A program made the position numbers and the translations under genes. Below, piece after piece: positions 10,962-24,582 of a stretch of 64,000 nucleotides of DNA. The notes beneath the pieces are model-generated. The model saw nothing but the letters and a program-made list of their open reading frames with translations. It ran no database searches and was not told the DNA's origin. The stretch lies in assembly GCA_038496445.1 (NCBI GenBank), contig JALMLS010000179.1, positions 372,001 through 436,000 on the forward strand. Direction: 5' to 3'. The stretch is from Trichosphaerium sp. ATCC 40318 (lineage: Eukaryota > Protista > Tubulinea). Numbering within the stretch: the stretch's first letter is position 1; each line of letters starts with the position of its first letter.

Positions 10962-12053
10962 CATCACAAATAAAGATTGGAACCAAACTTTTCCAAGCTC
11001 GTCACATGGAAGAAAAGGAATTCGGTGTCCAAGTACCTAAGCTTTAGACGTAGTTCAATATTACTTACAAGTTATGCCAAGGTTTTACAAAAAAATGTGA
11101 AGCACATGACTGAAAAACACTTGAACAAATTCGAAGATTTGATAAAACAAGAATGCAACAACTGGTACAATGTCCTTATTTGTGTGCACGACGTAATATT
11201 TATTTTCCTTAACAATAGGGCTGTTTGTGATAGTATAAGTGGGAAGGTTATATTCGAGGTATTAAAACGTAAACCAGAGGAAGCATTAGAGGTTGTAAGG
11301 AAATGGAAGGACTCTGATAATATTTGGGTGAAACGCTCTTCTTGGTGAGTATAGTCTTTGCTGACATGTCTTTGTTGATGAGAATAGTGTCTCTTTTGTA
11401 AAACTAGCGAGGCATGGAGAGCATGATGGCATTATATATGACATTTGTACAACGTGTGTTCAACACCCTGAACGTTTCGTACAGCTCGGTAATGGGTACA
11501 TATCTTTTTTCTTTTTTGCTTGCAATTACTATTGTATGTTTTGATCACGTGCTTACTATTTTATTTGTATAGTTGGGTTCTTCGCGAATTATCACTTACA
11601 GATAAAGAGGGTGTTATAAAGTTCATAAAAGATAATTATGATAGTTTCTCAAGAGAGGTACTTTTTGTTGAAATTGTCTACAAGATTGTTTTTTGTAATA
11701 AGAGTGTTAGGGCTTGAGATACGCTATCGAAAAATTTCCAAATGACTTACGCCAGGAACTGCTAAAGTACAACAAAACTACACGTAAACCAAAGCGAAAG
11801 GCTAAACGTGTTGTAGAGCCCAAGCCTAAAAAAAGACAAAAGTTGGCGAGAAAGGCTAAAGCTGTTTAACTGTAATAGTACAATAAACTTCTTAAATGTA
11901 ATCACGTTTCTTACTATCTGTGCAACCTACAGATACTACAGCATCTTTGAAGAACACCAAAATAAAGAATATGTTCCTCGTTTGACGCACGTGCGTGAGT
12001 GTTTTCCAATCACAGAAAGGAAAAGCAACTGTTTTTCAAAGTTTGAACTCACC

Positions 12054-13261
12054 ATGAGCACTCCTGCACCTAAACTATGTACTGCCGGATGTGGCTTCTG
12101 TGGGTAATACTTTACTGAGATTGTCGGTTTAACTCATAGTACAGGACGCCGGAGCAGAACGATATGTGTTCTAAGTGCTACAAGGACCACCAAGCCGGAA
12201 CGTGTACGCCATATACATGACCCACGGCGTAGTAACGAACGTAGTACCAAAGCGTGGTTTGCCTGTTTTTAGTAAGGAAAGCACCTCTCTAGCAAAGCAG
12301 GATGGGTTCATACGCGAATTGAAGTCAATTGATCAGTTTGGACCGTTATACAAACCAATGTATGCTTGCCATTTTCAGACCACCTTTGGCTTACTAGCGA
12401 TAGCATCAAGAAGCATAACGCGCCTTCATCGTCATGCGGGTATATTTCAGTTGCAACTGCGTATTTGGTTTCTAAAGAGACAATACCCTATGAAACTACC
12501 ATTGAGCATGTTAATAATGTACTCTCAAAGCTAAATGATGAGAAAACGTTGCTACCAAAGGTGGAGGAGGTGAGAAATATGATACAAAATAAAGTTAAAT
12601 TTGCTCCTTGACTTAACTCATTTCTAATTAAGGTAATGACATTTATACAAGGTGATCGTAATGCATACGTGAAAAAGCATGAGAAAGAATTTACGGATAA
12701 AGCAAAAATAGAAGATTATATAAGCGATTGGGTTTCAAACTATGAAATCTCGGATTGGATGCTCAAAAATCCTAATGCCAATGTCCAATTTATTAGATAC
12801 GCGGGGCCACACCCAGGTTTGAGACTTAAAAAGAATCATATATGTTTACAGAATGCATAGAAACACTAAAACATGAAGAGAAAGAGGGCTTTTCAGAGGA
12901 GGTGCCTTTTGAAAAGTTTCGGTTCTTTTTTGAAGTTCAAGATGAGAAGAGAGGTGGTACACTACTTCTTAAACCATCTGAATGGCAAAAACGCTTCAGC
13001 ATAGATACGAGAGGTGATATGAATATCACTTTTATCATAGATGTACGTAACAGTTACAAGTAGATTTCGTTCTGATTTCATTTTAAGTTGCTTGGGCACT
13101 TTGCAGTTTTAAAGCCTGTTGTACTAAATAACAACGGCAAGCAAGAGAATAACCTACTTTTAATCAATTCTACTACTGGAAATTATCTTCATAAACCTAT
13201 TGTGGATGTAATGTACAGTTTGTGGTTTTCAAACAAGCTTATGCCACTGAGAAAGAAATAA
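12054..13261 (+). CDS. A20-type zinc finger protein with putative papain-like C-terminal domain
   Basis: Spliced N-terminus LCTAGCGFCGTPEQNDMCSKCYK matches the A20 finger. Later exons give SSCGY, IIDLLGHFAVL and LLLINS. Confidence 0.75.
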
Positions 13262-13519
13262 AAAAACAGTTTTACAAAAACTATATGTTGCAGTAAACAA
13301 TAGGCTTATGAGAATTCGATTGACGTATTGACAACACAATTGCACACGCCTAAAACCTCCTCTCATATATATGATTACACAGCGATGAGTTCTACCATGA
13401 CCATTCATCATTTATTTGTACTTATCTCTGGAGATATTTATGCACAATCTGTTGTTCAAAATCTACCACAAAAAAATGTCAAAATTGGTCGTTTAAAACA
13501 ATCTTAGACCACCAGTATC

Positions 13520-16494
13520 ATGGAAAAAAGTAATGGAGAGCACGAATACGTGCCCTTAGAAACGCTTGATTCAGATGGCGTAACTGCCGAAACCAGTGAG
13601 GCTACCAACGGAGAGTATCCGCCTGTTGAAGGCGATTATGACCCTTTCGTACGTTTTAAAACATAAAATTAAGCTTATTTGGGCTAAATAGCTGGAAGAC
13701 ATTAAACACATACGCACGTGACGCCATAACAAACCGAAACAATCTCGTTTTTTGTTTTTTTTGACTCTTTCTGTAACACAACGTTAGAACGTCTATTAAT
13801 CAAGATGGACGCGTGGTATCTTGATGTTAATTACGAACGGACGGCATGTAAACAACTATACAAAGCGCTAAAGGGCACAAGCAAGAAAGCAATAGGAACG
13901 TTTTTTATGTGAGAAGGCGCAAATAACATGTGCTCTAGATATGGGTGACGTAATGAGATCATACAAGCCAATTGTAGACGAGCTAGCGATACTGGCAAGA
14001 GAAGTAAAGATCTTTATTGAAAAGAGGTATACATCCATACCAGGAAAGGTGGAAATGCTGTGGTATGGCAGAGGAAACTTTAGAACGTTCAAGGTGAGTA
14101 TTCTGTAGCTACGCTGTAAAGTACCATGATTCTTACGCCTCTCTAGGCGTACCGTAATCGATTGGATCATTTAAAAAAACAAATACAAGATGTATTCATG
14201 AAATACCGCTTAGAACTGTTAAAAGGTTCAAGACGTCCAGGAAAAGAACTAGTAAATCTTATGGCAAATCCAAAAACACACGCACGTGATTTTCAAATGC
14301 ACTGGCTACCCTCTTCACTGGATATTGATTTTTTAAATAGATCGTATCTTGGCTTACAGCAACAAGTGGACAACGGACTACAGATGAAAACCCACAACGT
14401 TCTGTACTCAAAGATAGACACGCTATTGTTCTAGCACGTGAATCTTGGGTATTTATTCTTCTATGTTTAACGGTTGTCGAAACGTAGTTACCCTTTATTT
14501 ATTAGGAAGATGCCATGGAAGATATGAAGATGTTTGGCGAATACGCTTCGGGTCTTCTTGCAACTGTAAGATGGTAATTAAAGAACCAACTTTATTGTTT
14601 GTTTTTGCAGTTTTACACTCATTACTTATTAGGCGCATTGTGACACATTTATCTGTGCCTCTGAAGAAAGATGGTTTTGTTTCTAAAACTAATGGAAGAT
14701 TTGATCATACATACATTGAAGGAGTATCTTACCTTGCCAATAACGACTTTTTTGTGAGTCACTTTGAAGAAAAATTGCTATTTTGCCTCATGTGTATTGT
14801 TCCTTTGTTATTAATTTCTTTTCTTTATGTAGACACCTGTCGTTGTGTATACAAATAATTCTGGTCAAACTAACATCAAAAAGAACATGGTAAGGTATAA
14901 AAAAAGTGATGGCGCTAGGTACGTTGATTATTATGTTATGTTGAATAAATTAATATTCATCCAGAGATATGGATTCGTTCCTCATCAGCGGAGTTGTTAA
15001 GGTTGAATCCCTTGTATCGTATGTCCAAATATAATCTCGTATAAACACTCAGATACTTAAGGTATTGCTCTGGATCTTCTATTCTATGGGTAGATAGTAA
15101 GAAAGCAAGAAGTTCTAAAAATTATCAAAAACAACAAAAAGTGTTTGCTTTGTTGCAAAGTGCAGGTATAATGGTTATACGGTATCACGAAGAGAGAGAT
15201 GGAGAAAAGCTTGAGGATGATCCTATTAGTTGGGCAGCTGAGTTTATTGAACAATGCTGGGCAATGTATAGACACTGCAATTGTCTTGTTGTTTTTTACC
15301 TTGGTAAGCAATAACTTTTTTAAAGAAAAATTACAGTTGGTCTTCGCTCTATCAACGGATTTTTATTTTACACAAACGAAAGTATTTGCGTAATATTGAA
15401 ATCTAGACGTAGTGAACTATTGTATTTTTCTTCTGACTACTTTTTTTCCCAGATGATGATGAACCTCAGTATAAAAAGGATATTGTAAGTAGTTAGTTAT
15501 TTTTTTTACAACAACGCACATCTTATTTTTATAATTAGCTATACTTTATAAAGTCTCTGAGACAGTACAAGATAAAAGGGAAAAAAAGAATTGATAACAA
15601 GTTCATACTTTACAGTTACGACAAAGACCCAAGCCTTTCTGAGCTTCAAAAAAACTTAGAAATATCAAACGATGATGTCAAAGGTGTTCAGGTACGTCAC
15701 TTTTATATATATGAAATGTGACTTGTTATAGATTATCACTGAAGACATCAAATCTGCTATTAACGGACGAGTTAGATCAACAGGGCTTCAAAACGATCCT
15801 GTTATTTTCTCAGCAATTATCGGTTCTGGTATTAGTACGTTGTTCGTCTTGGTTTCTTTGTATTGCACTTTTAGGTGTTTATTTTCTGTATAGGAAAGTT
15901 ATGTGATAAGCGAGAACATCCGTTCCTTGTCTTTGTTCAAGATGATGTAGAATTATTCAGAACAGACATATGTACATTGAAGAAAGAAGGTAAACTGTTT
16001 TCCCTTTTTTTTGCTTGTGTAAGCACTTTTCATGGACCAGGGTTTGAGAAGAAAACTGGAGAAATTTGTTTCCAGTTTATATACGCACCTTATTCACGCA
16101 AATTTTATTTCCGAAGTATTTATGAAATTGAATATTCAACCTTTTTTGATATTCTTATTTTTTTCTTACCTTGTTTTCTGTATAGACCAAACATGGGAAC
16201 CTTTCAAGCTGTACGTTGAATTAATATTAAGTATTAAAGTTGCTTACTATTTTGTACAGTGCTGCGGACATGTCTAATTTACGGTCCAAGATAAAAGTAA
16301 TTTGCTTTTCAAGGCAGAAAGAGCCTTTTTTCTCTTGCAGTGTCCCAATAGAAAAAACTTTACAGGAACTTGGTGAGCCTATTTGTGAAGGTAAAATAAA
16401 TGTAAGAGTACTAATGAGGAATACAAAAACTCATGTTCTTCGCATGTCGAACGACGCAAAGTTGAATATCACATACCACTTCAAAGATGCCTAG
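13520..16494 (+). CDS. Hypothetical multi-exon protein, possible C2-like C-terminal region (may be more than one gene)
   Basis: Chain of short exons, several needing GC donors. The C-terminal PFLVF..LFRTDI..TWEPFKL resembles copine-type C2 motifs only weakly. Confidence 0.5.
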
Positions 16495-16753
16495 AAAGAA
16501 AAAATCAGGAACTCACCATTGAATTTTAATAAACAGATAATAAATACTTAGTGAGTGATCGCTATTAATACTTCAATGCACGTGATCTACCTTTTTTTAA
16601 AGTCAGCTGACTATCAAAGGAAGAACCGCCACTGCGCGCCATACCTTTTATATACATATTAAGAGCGTTTCTGGATTGTATGATTTCTTGTTCTCTTGAC
16701 GCATCATTAACTGAATATGTTCAAACTGAAAAAGGCAAGGTAGACCTCAACAC

Positions 16754-19700
16754 ATGAGCACCAATTCCGTTTTAGCCCACAAATTTGGGTTTTCAACGCT
16801 ACAGACGTGCGCACCGATAAAAGCAATCAAATTTGTTTGCTCACAACAGTTTTTGCTTGTTGGTTCGTAATAGCTGTATAATTAAGTGTAAATGGGTTAA
16901 TTATGCGTAGGTATTGGCTCAGAATTACAAGTGTACAATGTAGGTAGCGGAAAACGTCAAAACCGCGTTAAAGCGTTTACAAGTGGACGAATACATGGTT
17001 TTAGAACATGTACGTAATTATTTAGACGTTATATGTTCTAAATAACGCAAAGCCGCCGAAGAGGGACTACTAATCGTATACGGACAACAAAAGATGCGGT
17101 TATATACAATAGAACGCTCAGGAGATGGCCTGGACATAAAACCGGTACCAAACGCGTTGTTTGGCTTTAGCGCATGGATATGGGATATCATATTTCTACG
17201 TGATGATATAACAGCGACAATCCCTCAAAGTAAGTACCACAGACGTCAAAAAACGGTTAACATTTCAAAGATGACCAAAACTCAAAAAATGATCCAAAAG
17301 ATCACGTCGTAGCGGTAGGTTTCGGCATGAATAGGTTAGTGGACACATAAAGGAATGCTTTAACGTAATCTTAGTGTTGGTTTCTTGAATCTCAGGACAG
17401 GCGTCATGTTTCATGTCGTACAATGTGATGATAAATGTATAGTTTATAGTTGTGGTTTTTATCAAGATTCGCGTGGCTTACTTATCGGTTGTGGCACTGT
17501 ATGCGGCGATAAAAGGCTTTAAATATACAAAAACTAATGTTTTGATGTAGGTATTTAACCCTATTTTGATATGGGAACCTTTGGTGTCATCAGCAGTTAA
17601 TACAACTGTTAGAGGTCACAAGGTAGTAATAGTAGAGAAGTTACCATTCACGTCACGTAGGGAGCTATATTTTCTGTGAAATGGTCTGCTGATGGTAGCA
17701 AACTGCTTACTGCATCTGATGACCGTACTGTGAGATTATGGAATGTATCTCGAGAAGGAGGGAAGTAAGTACTTGACTTTCTCAGAATATTCTTACTAAT
17801 CATACTGTTATTAGGTTTAAAGTAGATTGTGCTTTGGTATGTGAAGGTCATATCTCACGTATCTGGGATTGTGCATTCTTGACAGATAAGTATATTGCAA
17901 CAGCTAGCGAGGTACGTGATCCTTTTCGTTTAGCATTAACTAGAAAAGGACATGACATGTGGTGTTTGGGATATAGTGACAGGAGAACGCTTGTTGTCTC
18001 TCAGAGGTATTACCTTTGACTAAAAATAACTATATTAAAAGTTCGTAAGGTAGTAAGGGTAGGAGCATATGGACAGTTGCAGTCAGCAAAGGCAGCCTCA
18101 CTATGGTACACAATAAAAGTAAAGTTGTTAGCACTATTGTTTTAACAGATACCTAAATAGGCGTCTGGTGGAGGAAACGCTGAAGTCAAGCTATGGGATA
18201 TAGATAGATTATTAAACACACAAGAAGCTAGCATTGTTCGTCATACAATGCCAGAAAAGTACTATCCACTCTTTCTCGATCTGCCCTAACAGAAAGTAGT
18301 CCTCGATCTGGCTTAGAAAAACAAGGATATGAGAGCGTCCGTGGTGTTCATATGATAAACGCAGATGAATCGATAATTATTTCTAACCGAGGGTATACAG
18401 CAAGGTATTCTAACATCGAACTAACTTTTTTAAAAGGCATGTGTATCATACAATCCTTTCAAGCAATGAATGGCATCAGCTTTACGAAAAGGTGGATGGG
18501 TATCAATCAATATGTGCGATCAAGGCGCACGGCATTTTAGTCATTGGTGATACAACAGGAAAGGTGCACGTGGTTCCTATGGTTCCTAATGCAACCATTA
18601 AAGTAAGCATACATTTTTTGCCACAAGAAATCGTAACAATCATAGCCAACTGCTTTCTCTGTTGGCAAAGGCAGAATAGTAAAAATGATGATTCAAAACG
18701 TATCAAGTAATACTATTAAAGTATTGTTAAGTATACCATCTCGTGGAGTACATCTATGGCAGCTTACACTTGTACCATCAAACTTAATCTACTTTTTTCT
18801 TACTTTTATTTTAGACTGACAAAGGATGGGAAGGGTCGCTTTACGCAGTATTTAGCTTAACATACAATAAAGAAGTTGTATATGCTATGCAATATGATGA
18901 AAAGCAAGGTGTACTTCTATGTGGTGACTCTAAATCTAATTTATACATGTACAATATCCCTGAGTCTCCAACAACAGGTACCTGTTTATTTTAATCTTAT
19001 TTATTAAGTTCTCATGTTCTTTTTTATTGTAGAGGTAATAGAGCCGTTACATCATGTTGGTACAAGCACAGAGCGCCATAGAATGACTACAATATATATA
19101 GACAAGAAGACAGATACTATTATTACAGGAAGTAGGAATGGACGTCTATGCAAATACAAATACGAAACATGTAAGTCCCTGTTCTGAGAATCAAAAAAAA
19201 ATCTAACAGAGATTGACTTTTGTAGCTGATACGATGCCAACCAAGATTGTTCAAATTGCTTCTATAAAAGCATTCAAAAGAATGCAGTATATTGAAACAG
19301 TTTTCCGTATGGATTATGATGATTCTCCTTTGTATCTCTTTGGGTTCTATGGCAGCTCTGCTCTTATTTTCGATTGGACAAATACTAAGGTTGAATGCAT
19401 GTGGGAAAGCAAAGGTAACAAACAAAAGGAATTCTATTCTTCTAGTGTCTTCTTCTCGATAAGAAAGACATAGGTTAAATTGTTTTGGTTGATTTTGAAG
19501 ATTTCTTCTCATTTTGTTTTAGGCTGTAAAGGCGCCCATGATGTTCTCTTACAAAAGGGTCAGGATTCTAATCGTATAGCCAGATTCGCTTACTGCCGGT
19601 ACACAATCAGTGTTTCATAAGGCAAATGTTTTCTTATGGATTCGTAGCGGAGTGTTCGTTGATATTTTTAAATCAACAATCACAAGATCAAAGTTTGCCA

Positions 19701-21159
19701 AAGATGTTTTATGTCCAGGCTACCATGGACGAGAATGTAACGACATCTTTACTATACGTATATATAACTGGATCACTTGTTTTCTTCACTTACAAATATG
19801 ATAGAAACGAAAGGAGGAGTTTTCACAGTTACATCTAGCGAAGACACAAACATTCGCATCCAAAAATGTAAGCAACTCTGTTTATTTCAAGTGCTAACAA
19901 GTGTGCAGTTAACCCTGAATTAAAAACCCTTGAACCCTTTCAAGTACTTCAAAAGCATGTTAGTGCAACACGTTGTGTTGCTTATGATACAAGTATGTCA
20001 AAGCCACCAAGTCTTTCTCGGTACTTGAGCTTAACTTTTTTTTAAGTCGGCGAGGATACTTTTCTATTCACAGGAGGTAGTAAACTAGAAGTTCTTGCAT
20101 GGAAATGTGTATCTATTCCTAAAGGTAAATTCTACTTGACTGGATCTCCTGCAAAAGAAGAAGGAGACGATGACTCTTACCGTGTGACTGGCTTGGCAGT
20201 TATTCCTCATCAAGACAAAGGTAACAAATGTTAACAACAATCTCTGGACAGTAATACTTTCTACATTTCATCTTTACACGTGTCCAATGTTGGGTTTTTG
20301 TGATACTACAAAGGCCTCGTATCTTATTCAGTTTAGAGCATATACTTTTTTGCAGTCGTTCAAACTCTACAATCAAAGTATTTAGAGTAAACCAAGGATG
20401 CTCCCAATTCAAAACAGAATGTGTTGTTTCAATTCCAGGAATGCCTTTATGCTTGAAAACTATTCATGATGTTAATCAAAGTACTTTATTGCTTGTTGTT
20501 GGTTGTACAGATGGATTTGTACACATATACGACTGCTCTTGTTTTATGTATCTTTACAACTTTTTTTTTCTTATTTTTTTCTAATCTTGACATTTAAACC
20601 TTGACTTGTCAAAGAAGCAAAGAAAGTACTGGAGCTGGTATAAAGATTCTTTATTCTTCTAGAGTTCATCAATGTGGTGTTGCAGCACTAGAGCTACAAA
20701 AAATTAAGCACAATCACTACCGCATTGCTACAGGTACAAATATTCTCCAGTGCTTTTTTATCTAAACACTTACACGAAATTTCTTACAGGTGGTGATGAT
20801 CAAGCGTTGAGTGTTGGAGAGTTGATGATAGGTACCAGTAAAGAAGTAGAATATAAACCTATCATTACAAAAGACGTCCACGCATCAACAATAAACGGTT
20901 TGTACTTCTTGAGAAGCTACCTTGTTTCATGCAGTATTGGTAAGAACTAAACTTTCTTTTATGTTGACTGACGAATGTAGATCAACGTATAAGGGTTTGG
21001 CGTGTTACTGATGACAATGAGCTAGTAAATGTGAGTGTTGGCATTACTGACATAGCTGATGTCAGTGGTATTGTTGGTTGGAATGTAGGCAAAGAAAACT
21101 TTATTACTGTCGCCGGTCAAGGTTATCAAATGTTTCAAATAAACGAGGAAAGCACTTAA
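16754..21159 (+). CDS. WDR6: WD repeat protein 6 / Trm734 (tRNA 2'-O-methyltransferase partner), many exons
   Basis: GHKGAIFSVKWSADGSKLLTASDDRTVRLW, GHISRIWDC, GYHGRE, TGGDDQAL, SIDQRIRVW and DIADVSG..VAGQG appear in WDR6 order. Confidence 0.85.
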
Positions 21160-21395
21160 TAACTAATCTTCCCCATATTCTATCTTGCTACTACTGGAAC
21201 ATGCAGTACGCTACGTTATCTTATACATGGTTGGGACTACATAAAATACAGTGTTAAACGTTTTTATAATCTTTTTCGTGCAGCAGAAAAAGTACACCGA
21301 TACTAGCTTTGACTTCTTCCTTACGCTGTAGCTTGTTTCATTACATGTAACGTGTAACTTCCTTTTTTTTATTACCATCAACAAAAACAGTGCTA

Positions 21396-22985
21396 TTAGA
21401 TATTTTGTAGGTTATTTAAACAGTGTAAAACGCCATTCTCATCATAGTCTTCTTTCATTGTCCTTGAAAAAAAAGAAAGTTACAAGAAATACTGTCAAAC
21501 TTGTTTCCACTGTCTAGGTCGCACCAATAGGAGTCTTTGTACTTCATTATACCTCCCAATAAAGATGCTCCAATATATGTACTATATTCACGATTTCGAG
21601 GATCAATTACTTTGACATGAGACGAATTCACCTTGACAGAAAATAAACATTTGCTTTGCTGTAAAAAGTCGTATGCACCCTTAATCTTTTGGCATCCAGA
21701 TTATGTTTTACTTCTTTTTCAAACCTAGATACGAAACCAGGGAACAAAGAAGATCCTCCTGTTACTATAATATTGCCTACTATATAAGAACGTAACTCAG
21801 AGTCAGCACGCTACAGAAAAGTTGGAAAGATAAATACAATCACCAATGCAAAAGTACATGAATAATAGAGCTTGTTTGCATTCCAATACCCATACTTTCG
21901 CTCCACGCTAGTGATGGATCAAACAACGCTTCAGGAGCACGAAATAATTCTGTATTGATATCCACTGAACGGCCATTGGAGAGCTTCAATAATTGTTAAG
22001 AAACTTTAAACGAGTTAAAACCAACCTTCATTTCTTTTCTGACATAAGTTGTTTCATTTGCCAGTCTAGTTTCACGTGATAGATCGAGACTATAATCACT
22101 TAATAGTCAATATGAATATGTAAATCTTACGCTACATAGCATAATTCTTCCTTGATTTTGCGAAGGCTATGACGTTCTGATCGTAGACATAAGTGATTTC
22201 TTTGGTAAAAAAGGTCAGCAGTTTTATCTTTTGTTGGCAGTACCAGCTTACCCATTACTGTTCATAAAGCTATACAAACATCGTTCGATTGTTCTTCCAC
22301 CAACAGGAACTCTACCATACAAGAATGGAATTACAAGTCCCTCATATACAACGCTAATGCGAGTGCTATTTGTTCCAACATCAACAACAATACCTGTCAG
22401 CAGCCCTAAGTAATTTAAGTCCCTATTTCTCTTTATGATAAATACCGCTGGAATACAGTGTTAATATTGGGTCTGGACACATGCCTAGTCCTTTAAACTC
22501 ATATGTCTCGAATAAAACTTCCATAGTACGTTGATTATGAGCACGAGGAGCAAGAGCAGGAGTTGATAGCATTATTTTATGATCTGGAGGATTTATCATT
22601 AACACATCATTGAATCCGTAGTCAAAAATATGCATCATTTTAGACCAGTCTGCTACATAATCATTGATAGGATAGTGTAGTTTCATTGATAATCTATTCT
22701 CCAGAGCGTCATTACCGACAAAAAAATCCTTCACAAAAAAAAAAGTGTCAGATTTGTAAAAAATACAAGTGCGTTTGTTGAATGGTGACTTTTTGCCTTA
22801 AAACGTACTGTAGTAGGATCATCGCCGAATTCATGACCTACAACGGAAGGAAATATATGAGCCGGTAGCCTATCACTTGAAAAACCACATCTCACAGACT
22901 AATTGCTAATTGTCAGAGAAACTAGTTATTATGGAGTGCATACATCTGTACCGGCGTCCCATACTACTATTTTGTCTACACTCAT
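21396..22985 (-). CDS. Actin-related protein (divergent, Arp2-like)
   Basis: IVVWDAGT..RCGFS..PAHIFPSVVG, FFVGNDA, LHYPI, MEVLFETY, LYSSG..TGIVVDVG, APEALFDPS, IVTGGSSLFPG, YSTYIGASL. Confidence 0.88.
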
Positions 22986-23522
22986 GAAATTAACGGCTTA
23001 CTACCTCGAAATTATGACCAAGCGATGTGTTACGCTACTGATGCCTTCGAAAGGTCAAAAGCGTTTAACTGACCATAAAAACATTCTAATTTCAACTAAG
23101 AGCGTACAGATTGCAATGATACCGATAGCTATATATTATTTACCGTTTAAGGGGTTGATTAGTTATTTCTGTACTCATTGGATTTGACCTGAAATGACGC
23201 TGTTAGATTTTAACGTTAAGATGCTTTTTGAAGGCCTACTTATCAGCACGTGACTTGCTCCTCTTACCATCATGTTAAGTACTCCACACAAGATACACTA
23301 ATGGATAGGGAGAACTTTCCGAAAAACGATTGAAGCACCAGCTCTGTTGTGAAAGTTTTATAGAAGAAAAGAAGAAGAAGCTTAGTGACACAGGGAATAA
23401 AATGTAAGCCCCTTTCCACTGTTTTAACACATCAAGCGAGAGATGAAAACACACTCGCACAAGACCGTTCTCTTTTTTCTCTTCGTTACCCGTTCAATGT
23501 TCTTATATCATTATTAGTTAAT

Positions 23523-24542
23523 ATGGCAGACACTACACGTAAACGTACCATCGACAATGTAGACACTACCAATAACCAAAAAACAACTAAAAAATTCAAA
23601 AAAACGTGCGCAGGAAACAAAAACGAAAAAAATCAAACTATATTTACTTGTCGACATAGAAATCCTAATTCAACACCAAAACAAAAACAATCTAACCCAA
23701 CAGAAAATAAGTATGCTATTTTCATTAGCTTTTCTTCCTCAACAAATTTAACAACCCTATACAGCTCCAAACAGACTGAAATTGACAACTTGGTACCATC
23801 TAACTTCGTCATACCGCAAAATAAACCTAATATCGATTTAACAAAAGATTCACCGTACGCCTCACCAATCCCTTTTCTTCTCCGTTTATACATTATTATA
23901 AAAATCAATTTATTAATCCAAAAAAATTTCCTCAAAATATTCATAAAACTTTTCTCCTTTAACTCTAAAACTCAAGTCACAAACCTAAAATTATACAATG
24001 TCAAATTTTCTTTCATACACAATCAACAAAAAATCTCCTCAAAGTTCAACAAACTAAACCAAAAAAACAGAATACCACAGGACATGGATGAAGTTATGAA
24101 CGAAGTTGCCGATAGTGGGGATATTTTTCAACCAAAAACTACCCTTCGTCATAATTCAAAAGTGGTTGGTGCTGATGATTCAGTCGATGAAGAAGATGAA
24201 GACAACAACAGCAATTTTGAAGAAAAAGGAAATACTGACGTTCCTGCTTCTCCCCTAGATGATACCATTAGAGGCGGCATCCTTAACCCTTGGGAAATTG
24301 CTTCTAAAGAACTTCTCAGTCAAGTGGAAGAACAAGTTCAAGCTGGTAACTATAGTGCAGCGCTAACGGAGGAAATGCTGGAGAAACACAGGATCAAAAA
24401 TATCTCTATACAACGCCTTCAAAAAGACCCAAAATTTCACGAAATTGTCGAAAATGCGTCCTTTCCTGATGAAGGTAAAGACATGCTTGAATACGAGTTT
24501 CCAGATTGCATTTGGCTACGTCATAGTGGAGTTCCCTTGTAA
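23523..24542 (+). CDS. Non-LTR element ORF1 (no recognisable motif)
   Basis: Intronless ORF between the element 5' end and ORF2; first ATG is MADTT. Confidence 0.65.
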   Translation: MADTTRKRTIDNVDTTNNQKTTKKFKKTCAGNKNEKNQTIFTCRHRNPNSTPKQKQSNPTENKYAIFISFSSSTNLTTLYSSKQTEIDNLVPSNFVIPQNKPNIDLTKDSPYASPIPFLLRLYIIIKINLLIQKNFLKIFIKLFSFNSKTQVTNLKLYNVKFSFIHNQQKISSKFNKLNQKNRIPQDMDEVMNEVADSGDIFQPKTTLRHNSKVVGADDSVDEEDEDNNSNFEEKGNTDVPASPLDDTIRGGILNPWEIASKELLSQVEEQVQAGNYSAALTEEMLEKHRIKNISIQRLQKDPKFHEIVENASFPDEGKDMLEYEFPDCIWLRHSGVPL

Positions 24543-24582
24543 TTATGCCTAAAAAGGGACTTTTCCTCAACTTCAAGGCTAG

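Larger units (their letters stand above)
3322..11869 (+). pseudogene. DNA alkylation repair protein (AlkD-like), interrupted by the Gypsy element
   Basis: 5' part MATTRIVTKVQKTLKKNGDKDIAAGQWRFFKK..FLGLKAP (3322-3466). It continues after the element as EEKEFGVQ|VLQK, CNNWAVCDSISGKV, W..SDNIWVKRSS, ERFVQLGNGWVLRELS and REGLRYAIEK, which are AlkD/HEAT-like motifs. Stop at 11867-11869. Confidence 0.85.

Noticed and set aside
16037-16142. Possible MITE inside an intron (cagggtttga...ttcaacct, internal aaactgga/tccagttt hairpin)
   Set aside because: The terminal match is weak, with no TSD and no second copy in the window.
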